Below, in pieces: positions 9,667 to 19,627 of a DNA stretch of 64,000 nt. Under the pieces are notes generated by a model that did not search any database, was not told the DNA's origin, and saw nothing but the letters and a program-made list of their open reading frames with translations. The stretch is from IMG/VR virus record IMGVR_UViG_3300019776_000212, positions 1 through 64,000 of that record; one strand, written 5' to 3'. A program made the translations under genes and the position numbers. Origin of the DNA: a virus. Each line of letters opens with the position of its first letter. Position 1 is the stretch's first letter.

Positions 9667-10058
9667 GCAAAATGTTGTACCTTATCCGTGGCTTGCCCGG
9701 TAGCGGCAAGTCCACCTTCGCAGAAAACTTGGCTGATGCCCTTGGGGCTCACCATTTTGAAGCAGACATGTACCATATTCGTGATGGAGTCTACGATTGG
9801 AAGCCTGAGAACGTAAAAGCTTCACATGAGTGGTGCCAGAGGTGTGTCAGGTCGTCTATGGCTGGTGGTCACAACGTAGTGGTAAGCAACACCTTCACAA
9901 CTCCAAAAGAATTGGAACCCTACCTTGACTTGGCAATCCAGAACAGGTATCTTATCACCTCGTTGATCGTTGAGAACCGGCACGGTGGAGTAAACGTCCA
10001 CGACGTACCACAGGAAACCCTCGACAAGATGCGTAACCGATTCACTATTAAGCTTTAA
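9663..10058 (+). CDS. P-loop kinase (AAA_33/polynucleotide kinase-like)
   Basis: RGLPGSGKST, VSNTF, HDVP; directly after the RNA ligase. Confidence 0.85.
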   Translation: MSKMLYLIRGLPGSGKSTFAENLADALGAHHFEADMYHIRDGVYDWKPENVKASHEWCQRCVRSSMAGGHNVVVSNTFTTPKELEPYLDLAIQNRYLITSLIVENRHGGVNVHDVPQETLDKMRNRFTIKL

Positions 10059-10069
10059 AGGAGAGTAGG

Positions 10070-10909
10070 ATGATCTTTTACGAAATCAAAGATGTTAAAA
10101 CTCACGTAGACGTGGAAGTGCGTAAAGATGGCAGCGTCAACGTGAATATCAACGTTGGTAGCATGGAGCCACAATCTCACTGCTACAAGCACTCGATCTA
10201 CGTGACCGCACACCTGAATAGCGTCATCATGCAGGTGGCCCTGCCTCACGTGTTTGAAGCTCTTCGTCACTACTACCCTTATGCTGAGTTTTGCCTTGAA
10301 CTGCCATACCTTCCGTATGCCCGTCAGGATCGTCGTTGCAATGCGGGTGAAGCAGCAGGTGCCAAAGTGTTTGCACAGCAAATTAACGCGCTTGGTTGTC
10401 AATCAGTTGTAATCACTGACCCGCATTCGGAAGTGATCTCACAGTTGATCAATGGTGCGCAGGTGTGTCAACAGCATGAAGTATTCGGTCACATCAACTT
10501 TGCTGACTACATCATCGTAGCCCCTGACCTTGGAGCCTTGAAGAAGGCTGAGAAGTTTGCCTCGTATGTTGGTGCACGTGGTGTTGTTGGGTTCCACAAA
10601 ACCCGTGACATGGCCACTGGTGAAATCACCAACCATGTCCTGATCAACCACAATGGCGTGATCATCGGTCAAGGCGACAAGTTCTTGGTGTTGGACGATA
10701 TCTGTGATGGTGGCCGCACCTTCGTAGGTGTTGCCCACGAGCTTCGCAATTTCAGCCCTGAACGTCTGGAGTTGGCTATCACACACGGCATCTTCTCCTA
10801 CGGGGTTGAGGTGGTGACTGACGTGTATGACAAGGTGTACACCACAAACTCGTTCATCACTGGCCTCACCAACCGCAACAATCTGAAAGTTATTAAATCT
10901 TTCGAATAA
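10070..10909 (+). CDS. ribose-phosphate pyrophosphokinase-like protein (probable NARP1 Adps)
   Basis: PYLPYARQDRR, DPHS, APDLGA, LDDICDGGRTF, THGIFS. Confidence 0.88.
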   Translation: MIFYEIKDVKTHVDVEVRKDGSVNVNINVGSMEPQSHCYKHSIYVTAHLNSVIMQVALPHVFEALRHYYPYAEFCLELPYLPYARQDRRCNAGEAAGAKVFAQQINALGCQSVVITDPHSEVISQLINGAQVCQQHEVFGHINFADYIIVAPDLGALKKAEKFASYVGARGVVGFHKTRDMATGEITNHVLINHNGVIIGQGDKFLVLDDICDGGRTFVGVAHELRNFSPERLELAITHGIFSYGVEVVTDVYDKVYTTNSFITGLTNRNNLKVIKSFE

Positions 10910-10912
10910 CTG

Positions 10913-10947
10913 TTGACAGCTGTAGGGCCAGTCTGTAAGATGGCCCT
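10913..10947 (+). promoter_or_regulatory. sigma70-like promoter with the -10 inside an inverted repeat
   Basis: TTGACA-N17-TAAGAT; AGGGCCA/TGGCCCT arms. Confidence 0.6.
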
Positions 10948-10973
10948 CATCAAGACAAACAAAGGAGAGTGAT

Positions 10974-12737
10974 ATGTTTTTCGAAATGATGTTCGGTACT
11001 GATGGTTACAAACTTGGTCATGGTGGCATGAAGCGTAAAGGCACTACCCACAGCGTGGCCAACCTGACCCCACGCACTGACAAGATCTATCGCCGCACCT
11101 GCACTTCGTTCTACGACGGTAAGCTGGTTTGGGTTGGTGGTGAAGCTGCCGTTGCCGAGATTCACGAAAATTGGGAGATCTCGTTCTTTAACTTGCCTAA
11201 AAGTTTGGTAATTGATGAGTATGAGATCTTCATCAAGGGTTACCTCGGTATGGACCTGCCAACCAGCCAACAAATGGCAGACCTGCATGACCTTGGCTAC
11301 CTGCCACTGGAATTCCGTGGGCTGCCAGAAGGCTCTCTGGTCCCAATGGGTGTACCAGTGCTTACCATCGAAAACACTCACCCTGATTTCGAATGGCTGG
11401 TGAATTATCACGAAACCCCGGTGTCTTGTATGACTTGGAAGACTGCAACCAACGCCACCATTGCGCGTGAGTACAAGCTGATCTGTGAGCACTACCTTAA
11501 ACTTACTGGCAGTTATGATGCATTCACCCTGTCTGTGATGTGCCATGACTTCTCCATGCGTGGTATGTCTGGTCTGGAAGACGCTGCTCGCTCTGGTGTT
11601 GGTCACCTCACCAGCTTCATTGGCACTGACAGCCTGCTGTCCGACCGTTACGCAAAACGTTACTACGGCTGTGAAGGTGTTGTGTCGATTTCGGTTCCAG
11701 CAACTGAGCATGCAGTGACCAGTCAGAACATCATCAGCATCGAGCAAGAGTTGAAAGATAGCAGCTACGTCTTTGTTAATGAAGAACAAATGGCTATCTA
11801 CGGCGAAATGCTGGCAAACATGGAAGATAGCCGACTGATCGCTGAGGTGATGTTCGTCTATGTCCTGATCACCGTACTGGTTCCTAACGGTATTGTGTCG
11901 AACGTGTCTGACACCTACGACTTCTGGGGCATGACGGCACGAGGTTACCCATATCTGGTAGACGTGATCCGTGCACGTGGTCCGAATGGTTTGGCTCCGG
12001 GTAAAGTGGTTGTACGCCCAGATTCTGGTGATCCCGTCACTGTGATTTGTGGCATGAAGCCTGTATTGGACGACGAAGGCACTGGCAAAGCTTTTGACTT
12101 CCCTACCAAGGAAGACTTCAAGGCAACTCTCGAAGTGTTCGGTTGGGGTGCGATCCGTGACAAAGATTGTGTGAAAATTGATGGCAAGTTCTACTCTCTG
12201 GACGCCTCTGGTGCGTTCTTGAAGATTGGTACTGAGGAAATTCCATACGAAGTCGTAGCTGGTGCGGTTCGTACTCTGTGGAAAACCTTCGGTGGCACCA
12301 TCACTGAAACCGGGCACAAACTGCTTGACCCTTGCATCCGTTTGATCTATGGTGATAGCATCACCACCAAACGTGCAGAAGAGATCCTGCGTCGTCTGGC
12401 TGAGAACGGCTTTGCTGCTGCAAACGTTGTGTTTGGTGTCGGCTCGTACACCTATCAGTGCAATACCCGTGACACCTTTGGCTTTGCTGTGAAGGCAACC
12501 AATAGCACCATCAACGGCGTTGACGTAGCGATCTTCAAAGAGCCGAAAACCGACTCCAAGAAGAAGAGTGCGAAAGGTCGTCTGGTTGTGTACCAAGGTG
12601 AAAATACTTTCCGGCTTATCGACCAAGCACCAAAAGCGCTTGTACTGGACAAAGACAACATGTTGCAAGTGTTCCGTCGTGATGGTGAGGTGAAGCGTAA
12701 AACTTCGCTTGACACCATCCGCCAACGACTGGCATAA
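10974..12737 (+). CDS. nicotinamide phosphoribosyltransferase-like protein (probable NARP1 Namat)
   Basis: TDGYKLGH, HDFSMRG, PATEH, VSDTYD, RPDSGDP, IYGDSI, RDTFGFAVK, KKSAKG. Confidence 0.92.
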   Translation: MFFEMMFGTDGYKLGHGGMKRKGTTHSVANLTPRTDKIYRRTCTSFYDGKLVWVGGEAAVAEIHENWEISFFNLPKSLVIDEYEIFIKGYLGMDLPTSQQMADLHDLGYLPLEFRGLPEGSLVPMGVPVLTIENTHPDFEWLVNYHETPVSCMTWKTATNATIAREYKLICEHYLKLTGSYDAFTLSVMCHDFSMRGMSGLEDAARSGVGHLTSFIGTDSLLSDRYAKRYYGCEGVVSISVPATEHAVTSQNIISIEQELKDSSYVFVNEEQMAIYGEMLANMEDSRLIAEVMFVYVLITVLVPNGIVSNVSDTYDFWGMTARGYPYLVDVIRARGPNGLAPGKVVVRPDSGDPVTVICGMKPVLDDEGTGKAFDFPTKEDFKATLEVFGWGAIRDKDCVKIDGKFYSLDASGAFLKIGTEEIPYEVVAGAVRTLWKTFGGTITETGHKLLDPCIRLIYGDSITTKRAEEILRRLAENGFAAANVVFGVGSYTYQCNTRDTFGFAVKATNSTINGVDVAIFKEPKTDSKKKSAKGRLVVYQGENTFRLIDQAPKALVLDKDNMLQVFRRDGEVKRKTSLDTIRQRLA

Positions 12738-12753
12738 TCTTCGCACATTGAAC

Positions 12754-12784
12754 GGCCCTGCTCACGCGGGGCCATTTTTACGAC
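12754..12784 (+). repeat. dispersed 31-bp element, copy 3
   Basis: GGCCCTGCTCACGCGGGGCCATTTTTACGAC. Confidence 0.9.
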
Positions 12785-12798
12785 TAAAGGAGATAAGA

Positions 12799-13062
12799 GT
12801 GTCCAAATTCAATCTGATCGAAAAGCTGCGTAAACTCTTTGAGAAAGAGAAGCTGCCGACCCCAGAAAACAAGCACCGCATTAAAATGGTGCACAAGCAC
12901 CATGAAGTGAAGGCTCAGGTGTTCGAGAATGGTGACTGGCAAACCATAAAAACCATTAATCTCAACATCATGAGTGTCGAAATGGCAGTGGAACGTGCTA
13001 AATCTGCCTTGGAGTCTTACAAGGCCCTTGATATCCCAGAAGACGGAGTGATTAACCTGTGA
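12799..13062 (+). CDS. hypothetical protein
   Basis: AAGGAG RBS, GTG start. Confidence 0.6.
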   Translation: MSKFNLIEKLRKLFEKEKLPTPENKHRIKMVHKHHEVKAQVFENGDWQTIKTINLNIMSVEMAVERAKSALESYKALDIPEDGVINL

Positions 13063-13295
13063 TCTTCAAAAAGAACTACATCATGGAGTGGCACCTTGAT
13101 GGAGATAAACGGACCAGACAGCAGATTATTAGCATTTGGTTCTGGCAAAATCCGTCAATCATCATTGAATACTGGAAGAAGCTTCATGGCGAATTCCGTC
13201 TCGCAAATCTTCGGAGGTTGTAATGCTTTGGAGTTTCTTTATATTGATCCTTGTAGTTTTTATAGTGACGTCAATCGTGATTGGGGGTGTTTCAA

Positions 13296-13817
13296 ATGAC
13301 TGCAAACCTTAGCATCAAGCAGGGTTGTCTGGTAAAGGCGTTCAGAACCCACGAAGTGCAGGCCATCGCGCACCAAGCAAACTGCCAGAACACAATGGGC
13401 AGTGGCGTAGCCAAAGCAATTCGGGCAGCCTACCCAGAGGTGTACGAGGCTGACTGCGAAACAATCAAAGGTGCAACTGATAAGCTGGGCACGTTGAGTT
13501 GGGTGATCGCACCGCGAGATCGTCGTAAAAGCTTTGCAAAATGTATTGACATGGATGCGTATGCAGGCCCAATCTTCAACCTCTATGGACAGTTCAACTA
13601 CGGTCGTGATCCAGAGGTGGTGTACACTGACATTAATGCACTCCGATCAGCGATCAAGCAAATGAAACTTTTCCTTGACTCGATGGACATTAAAAGTGTA
13701 GGATTACCTAAGTTAGGGTGTGGATTGGGTGGCGAGAAGTGGGAGAATGTCTCCAAAGTTATCCAAGAAGAACTCGTTGACTGTGGCATCAAAGTAACCA
13801 TCTACGTAAAGGAGTAG
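13296..13817 (+). CDS. macrodomain (ADP-ribose binding/hydrolase) protein
   Basis: IAHQANC..MGSGVAKAI, NLYGQ, PKLGCGLGG. Confidence 0.9.
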   Translation: MTANLSIKQGCLVKAFRTHEVQAIAHQANCQNTMGSGVAKAIRAAYPEVYEADCETIKGATDKLGTLSWVIAPRDRRKSFAKCIDMDAYAGPIFNLYGQFNYGRDPEVVYTDINALRSAIKQMKLFLDSMDIKSVGLPKLGCGLGGEKWENVSKVIQEELVDCGIKVTIYVKE

Positions 13818-13819
13818 AG

Positions 13820-14446
13820 ATGAAATTCACTAAATTAGCTCTGGCAACTGCTGTAAGCTTCTCCATGATCTCGATTGCAGGTTGTAATGAGGTAGAAGAT
13901 CCAGACCTGCAAGTAAAGGCTCCAGCAACTGCTGCTGAGATTGATTCTGCAACCCGTACAGCCATCGCAAACGATGAACGAGAGCTGAAAGAAGAGCTTG
14001 CAAAGCTTCAAGCAAAAGACCCTGCTGTAAAAGACATGTACTACAAGATGGACGAACAGGGTCAGAAGGAGGTTGTGATTGTCCGTGAGGTGGTTGATAA
14101 AACCACTGGCCAAAGCTCCATGATGGAGAGTGTCTTCCCGATGATGGCCGGTATGATGCTTGGTCAAATGATGGCATCCAGCATGATGATGTCTGCAATG
14201 GCAATGGCCCAGATGGGCAACTACAACAGTGGTTATGGTCGTCACCAGTCGTACAACTCTCAGCAGTATCGTGCACGTAAGAACATGGCAACCTCTAGCT
14301 ATGCAGGTGGTATGCGAAGTAATACTCAGAAGAGCATGAACACTATCAAGCCAATGTCCCGTGCATCAAGCGTATCAAGCCGTAGCTCGGGTGCATTCTC
14401 TTCGTCGTCTTCGGCACGTAGCTCCGGCTACTCGGCTGGTGGCTGA
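13820..14446 (+). CDS. lipoprotein, YgiB/YjfM (DUF1190)-like
   Basis: Signal peptide with lipobox IAGC, PMMAGMMLGQMM segment, Ser/Gly/Arg-rich tail; upstream of the Gsp-synthase-like gene. Confidence 0.7.
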   Translation: MKFTKLALATAVSFSMISIAGCNEVEDPDLQVKAPATAAEIDSATRTAIANDERELKEELAKLQAKDPAVKDMYYKMDEQGQKEVVIVREVVDKTTGQSSMMESVFPMMAGMMLGQMMASSMMMSAMAMAQMGNYNSGYGRHQSYNSQQYRARKNMATSSYAGGMRSNTQKSMNTIKPMSRASSVSSRSSGAFSSSSSARSSGYSAGG

Positions 14447-14544
14447 CATGCTGATGTTCTTTAGCGGCCTGATGTGTGGAATCCTGCTGGTTGTGCTTCC
14501 AGTGGTCTATTTCTTAAACAAGATTAAGCTTTAAAGGAGGTGAT

Positions 14545-14745
14545 ATGAGAGCTTTGAAAATCGCGGCAATGTACACCTTGATTGCTGCCGTAGCTGTGGT
14601 CCTGATCTTCGGATCTCTTGTAGGCACGTTTCACGTGTTTAGTATGTTCGTCGTAATGACAGAGGGTTGGCAATTGATCGCCTCCGTTGTATGGTTTCTT
14701 GAGCTTGTGTTCATGCTGGTCTTCTGTCTTGAGCGGCTTGGTTAG
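14545..14745 (+). CDS. small membrane protein
   Basis: AAGGAGG RBS; two hydrophobic segments. Confidence 0.6.
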   Translation: MRALKIAAMYTLIAAVAVVLIFGSLVGTFHVFSMFVVMTEGWQLIASVVWFLELVFMLVFCLERLG

Positions 14746-14748
14746 TGC

Positions 14749-14778
14749 TTGACATACCCCGCTTCGGCGGGGTATCCT
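14749..14778 (+). promoter_or_regulatory. promoter overlapping a UUCG hairpin
   Basis: TTGACA..TATCCT overlapping ATACCCCGC-TTCG-GCGGGGTAT. Confidence 0.55.
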
Positions 14779-14810
14779 TTGCCCCATCATATACAAACAA
14801 GGATATAACC

Positions 14811-16088
14811 ATGAAAGTAGTGAACAAGCCGATCTCGTTCGATCTTGAAGAAGTTACCGCACAAGAGGTGCCATACCTGAATGCTTTCTACCGTGATGGA
14901 GAGGTGCTTAATAAGGATGTGCAAGACCTGTTGGCATTCCCACTGAAACACCAAGCAGCTATGCCGTTCTACACCATCAAGGACAGCACAACGTACAAAC
15001 TCAACCAACAGTTTGAGGCTTACTACGCAATGATGAAGGATGCCTTGAAGATTGCAATGGAAGACCGAGATCTTATGGATAAGTTCTTCGACTGCTCATT
15101 CTGGCGTGAACATGGTGATCGATTCCTTCCATACGCCAAGTACACGTTCCAGAAGAATCACCCTGCTTTGTATGGCCGTTATGACGCCTGTTTCGACCCT
15201 GAGACGGAAGAGCTTATTGGCGTATATGAATTCAACGGCGATACTCCGGTGATGCTGTTTGAGTCGGTAAACCTGCAAGCCCGTTACTCGGTAGAACTGG
15301 GCACTGACCAGTACAACAACTATCTTGACATTTTCAAGGAGCAGATGGGTAAACAGAGCTACAATGAAGTGGCTGTGGTCGTAGGCACAACCTACGTTGA
15401 AGACATGGCAACCGCTGACACTCTGTGCCAGATGTTCCGTCAAGCTATCCCGAAAGCTACTGTTCAATTCGGAGATATCAAGGAACTGGACTTCGACCAT
15501 GCTAATATCAACAAGCCCTTCATTCTGGCTGGTGACACTGAGCACTTGGACGCTGTGTTTATCCTGAGCCCTTGGGAAGAGATGGTGGATAATTTCCCGA
15601 AAATGCTTGACCACTGGGAACGTTGGGCTGATAATGTCCACCTGTACGAGCCTGCGTGGCGTTGGTTCTTTGCCCACAAGGGCATGACTGCCCTGTGCAG
15701 CTATTTGGCAGACATTGATAGTGACTTCTACCTGAGGCACTATGAAGCCACTCGAATCCTGCTGCCGACCTATCTGGAGAAGGATGCCTTGGCTCTGAAC
15801 CTGAAAGGGCAGTGGGTTGAGAAACCTGTAGTTGGTCGCTTGTCGAACAACATCAAAGTGTGGCACAATGGTTTCAAAGTGAGTGACACTGGAGGCTTCT
15901 ACACTGGGGAAAATACTGTATTCCAGCTGTACACAGATCCAAAGCAAGTGGAGGGGCGTAACAACTTCATCATGGGTATGTGGGTATGTGGTGATCATGC
16001 TGCCACCCTGTGCATGCGCGAGTTTGACAGTGAGGTGTTGAGCATCAGCAACGAACGCTACATTCCACATATTGTTCTGGAGGGCTGA
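14811..16088 (+). CDS. glutathionylspermidine-synthase-like ATP-grasp ligase (YgiC/YjfC-like)
   Basis: LYGRYD, YEFNGDTP..LFES, PWE, EPAW, KP..GR..N, RYIPH; ATG 14811 has an RBS. Confidence 0.85.
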   Translation: MKVVNKPISFDLEEVTAQEVPYLNAFYRDGEVLNKDVQDLLAFPLKHQAAMPFYTIKDSTTYKLNQQFEAYYAMMKDALKIAMEDRDLMDKFFDCSFWREHGDRFLPYAKYTFQKNHPALYGRYDACFDPETEELIGVYEFNGDTPVMLFESVNLQARYSVELGTDQYNNYLDIFKEQMGKQSYNEVAVVVGTTYVEDMATADTLCQMFRQAIPKATVQFGDIKELDFDHANINKPFILAGDTEHLDAVFILSPWEEMVDNFPKMLDHWERWADNVHLYEPAWRWFFAHKGMTALCSYLADIDSDFYLRHYEATRILLPTYLEKDALALNLKGQWVEKPVVGRLSNNIKVWHNGFKVSDTGGFYTGENTVFQLYTDPKQVEGRNNFIMGMWVCGDHAATLCMREFDSEVLSISNERYIPHIVLEG

Positions 16089-16407
16089 AATGGAATGGAA
16101 CACGATTAACAGCAACACCCTTGTGATTTTATTCCTCAACACACTGTTGTGGGTAGGGTCTGGGTTGTACTGCATGCACAACAACATTGACGCTTGCGGG
16201 GTGTTCCATGGACATATTGAAGCTCGCAGCTGATTTGGCAACACGTGGAGAAGGAGAAGCTGCTTGCGAAATGAGGCGGCTGTATGATAGAATCAACACA
16301 CTGGAGCGGGAGTTAAGGGATGTGAAGCGAGAGCGCCATCAACTCCAGCAACAGGTTGACTTCATGTACAGAGAAGCGAGAAACTGGTAATCAACTAGGA
16401 GGTACAT

Positions 16408-17181
16408 ATGGGTCGTAGCGTAGTGAAGGTGGATAGTGATGGGCGTGTCAATAAACCTCGCCCACGTAAAGGGAAGCGCCCTGCCCCTCTTGAACAAGAG
16501 CAGACATTCCAGAAAGTGTTGCCACCAATTCAAGCAAAGACCAAGAAACAACGAGAGTATCTTAAACACCTCTCTGACCCAGAAATCCAAGTGGTAATCG
16601 CACTGGGGTTCCATGGTACAGGTAAAACCTATTGTCCTTCTGCTGTTGCAGCTGACATGTTCAGGGACAAGGTGATCGAAAGTATCGTAGTGAGCCGTGC
16701 TTACGTTCAAACTGGTAAGACCTCTGGCTTCAAACCGGGGACGTCGATGGAAAAGCTGTATCCATACGTGCGTAACGTGCTTGACACGATCAAGCAACGT
16801 ATCGGGGACTCTGCATACGCTGGTGCCATCAAAGATGGCCAACATGGTGCAATTCAAGTACAAGAGGTGGAGTCTATCCGTGGTCGTAGCTTCGATGAAA
16901 AAGGCTTCCTGATCATTGATGAAGCCCAACAAACTACACCAGATGAAATGAAGAGTATTGTGACTCGCGTTTCTGACAACTGCAAACTTGTACTGTGTGG
17001 TGATATCAGGCAGTGTGATATTCAGGGTCAAAGTGGTTTGGAGTGGTTCATGAAGTTTGCTGAACGACATAATCTGAAAGGCGTGGCTATTGTCAACTTC
17101 GACAGCCCTGACGACATTGTTCGTGGTGGTCTGGTAAAAGACATTGCCATTGGCCTGATGAAGGATGAAAGGTCAAAATGA
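16408..17181 (+). CDS. phoH: PhoH-family ATPase
   Basis: GFHGTGKT, IRGRSF, IDEAQ, CGD..QCD, DIVR. Confidence 0.93.
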   Translation: MGRSVVKVDSDGRVNKPRPRKGKRPAPLEQEQTFQKVLPPIQAKTKKQREYLKHLSDPEIQVVIALGFHGTGKTYCPSAVAADMFRDKVIESIVVSRAYVQTGKTSGFKPGTSMEKLYPYVRNVLDTIKQRIGDSAYAGAIKDGQHGAIQVQEVESIRGRSFDEKGFLIIDEAQQTTPDEMKSIVTRVSDNCKLVLCGDIRQCDIQGQSGLEWFMKFAERHNLKGVAIVNFDSPDDIVRGGLVKDIAIGLMKDERSK

Positions 17182-17617
17182 AAGGTGTAATCTATCGTGG
17201 AATTCGGCTCATGCCGGGGAGTGTGAGCTTCGAACTCTACCAAGACAAGCACCTTAAAGAGCTTAACCGTAAATGGAACGAATATTTGGAGGCACACTGA
17301 TGGAAATGGTATTTCTGTTCATCATCGTCTGGTGGATGTGGATGATCATGCTGCAATCTGCTTACCGCTACTAAAGGAGGTTTTATGACTATTGAATTGA
17401 TTTTTGGCATCTACTGGCTGATTTGTTTCGCATTCCTGTTCATTTACGCACTTGTTGAGGAACGAATCCGACATGGCAAGGTAGATAAAGACGACTTTGC
17501 AGAAGCTTGCATGATGTTCTTCCCTGCTCCACTGCTTGCACCAATCGTTCTGGTTGGTGAGTTGTTCTGCCTGCTTCGTTGGGCTATCCTTTCATTGTTC
17601 AACATTGGTGCAAAGAA

Positions 17618-18229
17618 ATGAGCAAGTTTTACACTGGTGTAGGCTCACGCGAATCACCCTCAGTAGTTCTCGACCTTATGCGAGCAATGGCCTGCAAGTT
17701 TGCAGAAAAGGGGCTGATTCTCCGTTCTGGTGCTGCGGATGGGGCTGACCAAGCTTTCGAGCTTGGCTGGCTCGACTGGTATGTAAAGCAGACCCCTTGG
17801 CCGGGACCGGGTGATCAACGTGCAGAGCTTTACCTCCCTTGGAGTGGCTTCAACAAACATGATGACTTCGGGTGCTTTGGGGCTAATATGTCGCTGGGCA
17901 TCCTCCGTCAAGTTGAGAAAGCAACCGAGATTGCAAAATCCCTTCACCCAGCTTGGGATGCTGTAAAGAAGGATGGAACTCCTGTGCTGAGTCAAGCAGC
18001 TAAAAAGCTGCACACACGAAATGTGTACCAAGTGTTGGGCCAAGACCTTGACACTCCGAGTAGGTTCTTGGTAGGATACGCAAAGCTGGATAAAGCAGGC
18101 CAACCAAAAGGCGGCACTGCCACAGCAATGAAGCTTGCCGAAAGGTATGGCGTTACAGTGTACAACCTGTATAAGGATGAACACTTCATGAAGTTTGACA
18201 GCTGGGTGAACCAGCAGGAGGATAATTAA
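17618..18229 (+). CDS. SLOG superfamily (DprA/YspA-like) nucleotide-binding protein
   Basis: YTGVGSR, LRSGAADGAD.AFE, GGT..A. Confidence 0.75.
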   Translation: MSKFYTGVGSRESPSVVLDLMRAMACKFAEKGLILRSGAADGADQAFELGWLDWYVKQTPWPGPGDQRAELYLPWSGFNKHDDFGCFGANMSLGILRQVEKATEIAKSLHPAWDAVKKDGTPVLSQAAKKLHTRNVYQVLGQDLDTPSRFLVGYAKLDKAGQPKGGTATAMKLAERYGVTVYNLYKDEHFMKFDSWVNQQEDN

Positions 18230-18609
18230 TGTGTACACAAACGGGTCTTAACCCGAATAGACGCACAATCACAGCGGCCTTCGCTTGGGTTGTTGAGATG
18301 TACAATGGACAGAAAGTTCGAAGCCTCTGGGTTGATATGTCAGAATGTGGTCTTGAATACCTTGATGCCTTCCGGGCAGATCTTCTGGCTAATGCAAAGG
18401 TTGGTACCACTTTCCCTGTCAGCCAATATCACATCTACTTCCAAGATGGTGGTCATGCTCGCCCACGATCTCTGTACGACATTACTCAAGCAGAGAGCCT
18501 GTATAACCACTATTACCCAGAGCTTGGTGCTAAGATCCTTACACCAACTCCAGAGTATTGGGTTCAGGAAGGTATCACCGAAAACCCGTACTACACAGAG
18601 CCAGTGTAG
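18229..18609 (+). CDS. hypothetical protein
   Basis: AGGAGG RBS, coupled start/stop. Confidence 0.6.
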   Translation: MCTQTGLNPNRRTITAAFAWVVEMYNGQKVRSLWVDMSECGLEYLDAFRADLLANAKVGTTFPVSQYHIYFQDGGHARPRSLYDITQAESLYNHYYPELGAKILTPTPEYWVQEGITENPYYTEPV

Positions 18610-19109
18610 TGCTCAGCCCTGATGAGCTCCGTGCACTTGATGCACGCATCAGGGCGAACGCGGATCGTGCGATTAAGGCAGCCACAAGCGACCTTTACAC
18701 GTACAAAGGAGGGGCGGGACCAAAGCCCGCCTCTTTCTCTAACTGTGTTCAGCCTGAGATGACGGAAGTGCTGTACAACGATGAAGAAAAGTGGCCGTTG
18801 TGGGTTGACGACATTGTAAGTGGTGTGGCAAGATTGGATTGGTATGGTGAGCGGGAGCAACAGGTGCCGCTCAGCAAGAAGAAGATTGTGCAATGTTTCG
18901 CTTTACTTGATACAGTGAGTGCGAGTACAATCAGCCACCTGCTTAAGACTGGGAAGCGGATGGCACAGCGTTACTACAAGGCATGTGAACTTCTGCACCA
19001 AAAATTGATTGACGGTTACTGCAACAACGCTGTATACTCGCTGCACTACCCGGAGGTATTCATCTACCCACGGGAGCCAGCACAAACAGACATAAAGGAG
19101 AATTACTGA
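18609..19109 (+). CDS. hypothetical protein
   Basis: ORF fills the operon gap; start uncertain. Confidence 0.55.
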   Translation: MLSPDELRALDARIRANADRAIKAATSDLYTYKGGAGPKPASFSNCVQPEMTEVLYNDEEKWPLWVDDIVSGVARLDWYGEREQQVPLSKKKIVQCFALLDTVSASTISHLLKTGKRMAQRYYKACELLHQKLIDGYCNNAVYSLHYPEVFIYPREPAQTDIKENY

Positions 19110-19627
19110 TGTTCGGTTGCAAATTTGAATTGGGGCAGGAGGTTCGTCTGGTTGAGATGTATCAAGGCGTGCCACGTGGCGCCATCGGTCTGATCACCAA
19201 GATCACGGAATGTGCTCACTGGGATGGCGAGGGCAACAAATACCTCATCCGTATGGAGCTCAGAGATCCAGTAGCTGGACGGATACGGAATTACATTGAG
19301 GTCTTCAACAAGCGTGTTGAGTTGATTACTCAAGAGAAGACTGACGTTCTGTCCGAAGTGGCCCGAATCTCTAACCTGTTCGGCAAACGCCGCTCCCTTC
19401 CAGCTGTAATGCTGCAAATGCAGGAAGAGCTGGGTGAGCTGTCCACCGAAGTGGCAATCGCAACTGGCACCAAACGCCGTGAACCATCTCCTGATGGTGT
19501 TCTGGGTGAAGCGGTTGACGTAGCAATCGTTGCACTGGACATGGCCATGCTGGAAGCTGATGGTGATGTGGAAAAGGTGGTGGAAACCTTCAAGCGTAAG
19601 CTGGCGAAGTGGGAGTCCTACAAATGA
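19109..19627 (+). CDS. MazG-like NTP pyrophosphohydrolase with an N-terminal extra domain
   Basis: QEELGELSTE...GEAVDV. Confidence 0.75.
   Translation: MFGCKFELGQEVRLVEMYQGVPRGAIGLITKITECAHWDGEGNKYLIRMELRDPVAGRIRNYIEVFNKRVELITQEKTDVLSEVARISNLFGKRRSLPAVMLQMQEELGELSTEVAIATGTKRREPSPDGVLGEAVDVAIVALDMAMLEADGDVEKVVETFKRKLAKWESYK

Noticed and set aside
10950-12746. Long antisense ORFs (598 aa here; also 5679-6830, 15096-16244, 43296-44456, 55554-56978)
   Set aside because: They are shadows of well-supported genes on the opposite strand and have no motifs or RBS
14745-14810. Upstream starts given in the ORF track (also 26933, 30226, 32086, 35740, 44903, 47339)
   Set aside because: They lie in promoters or in neighbouring genes; downstream ATGs with an RBS are more plausible
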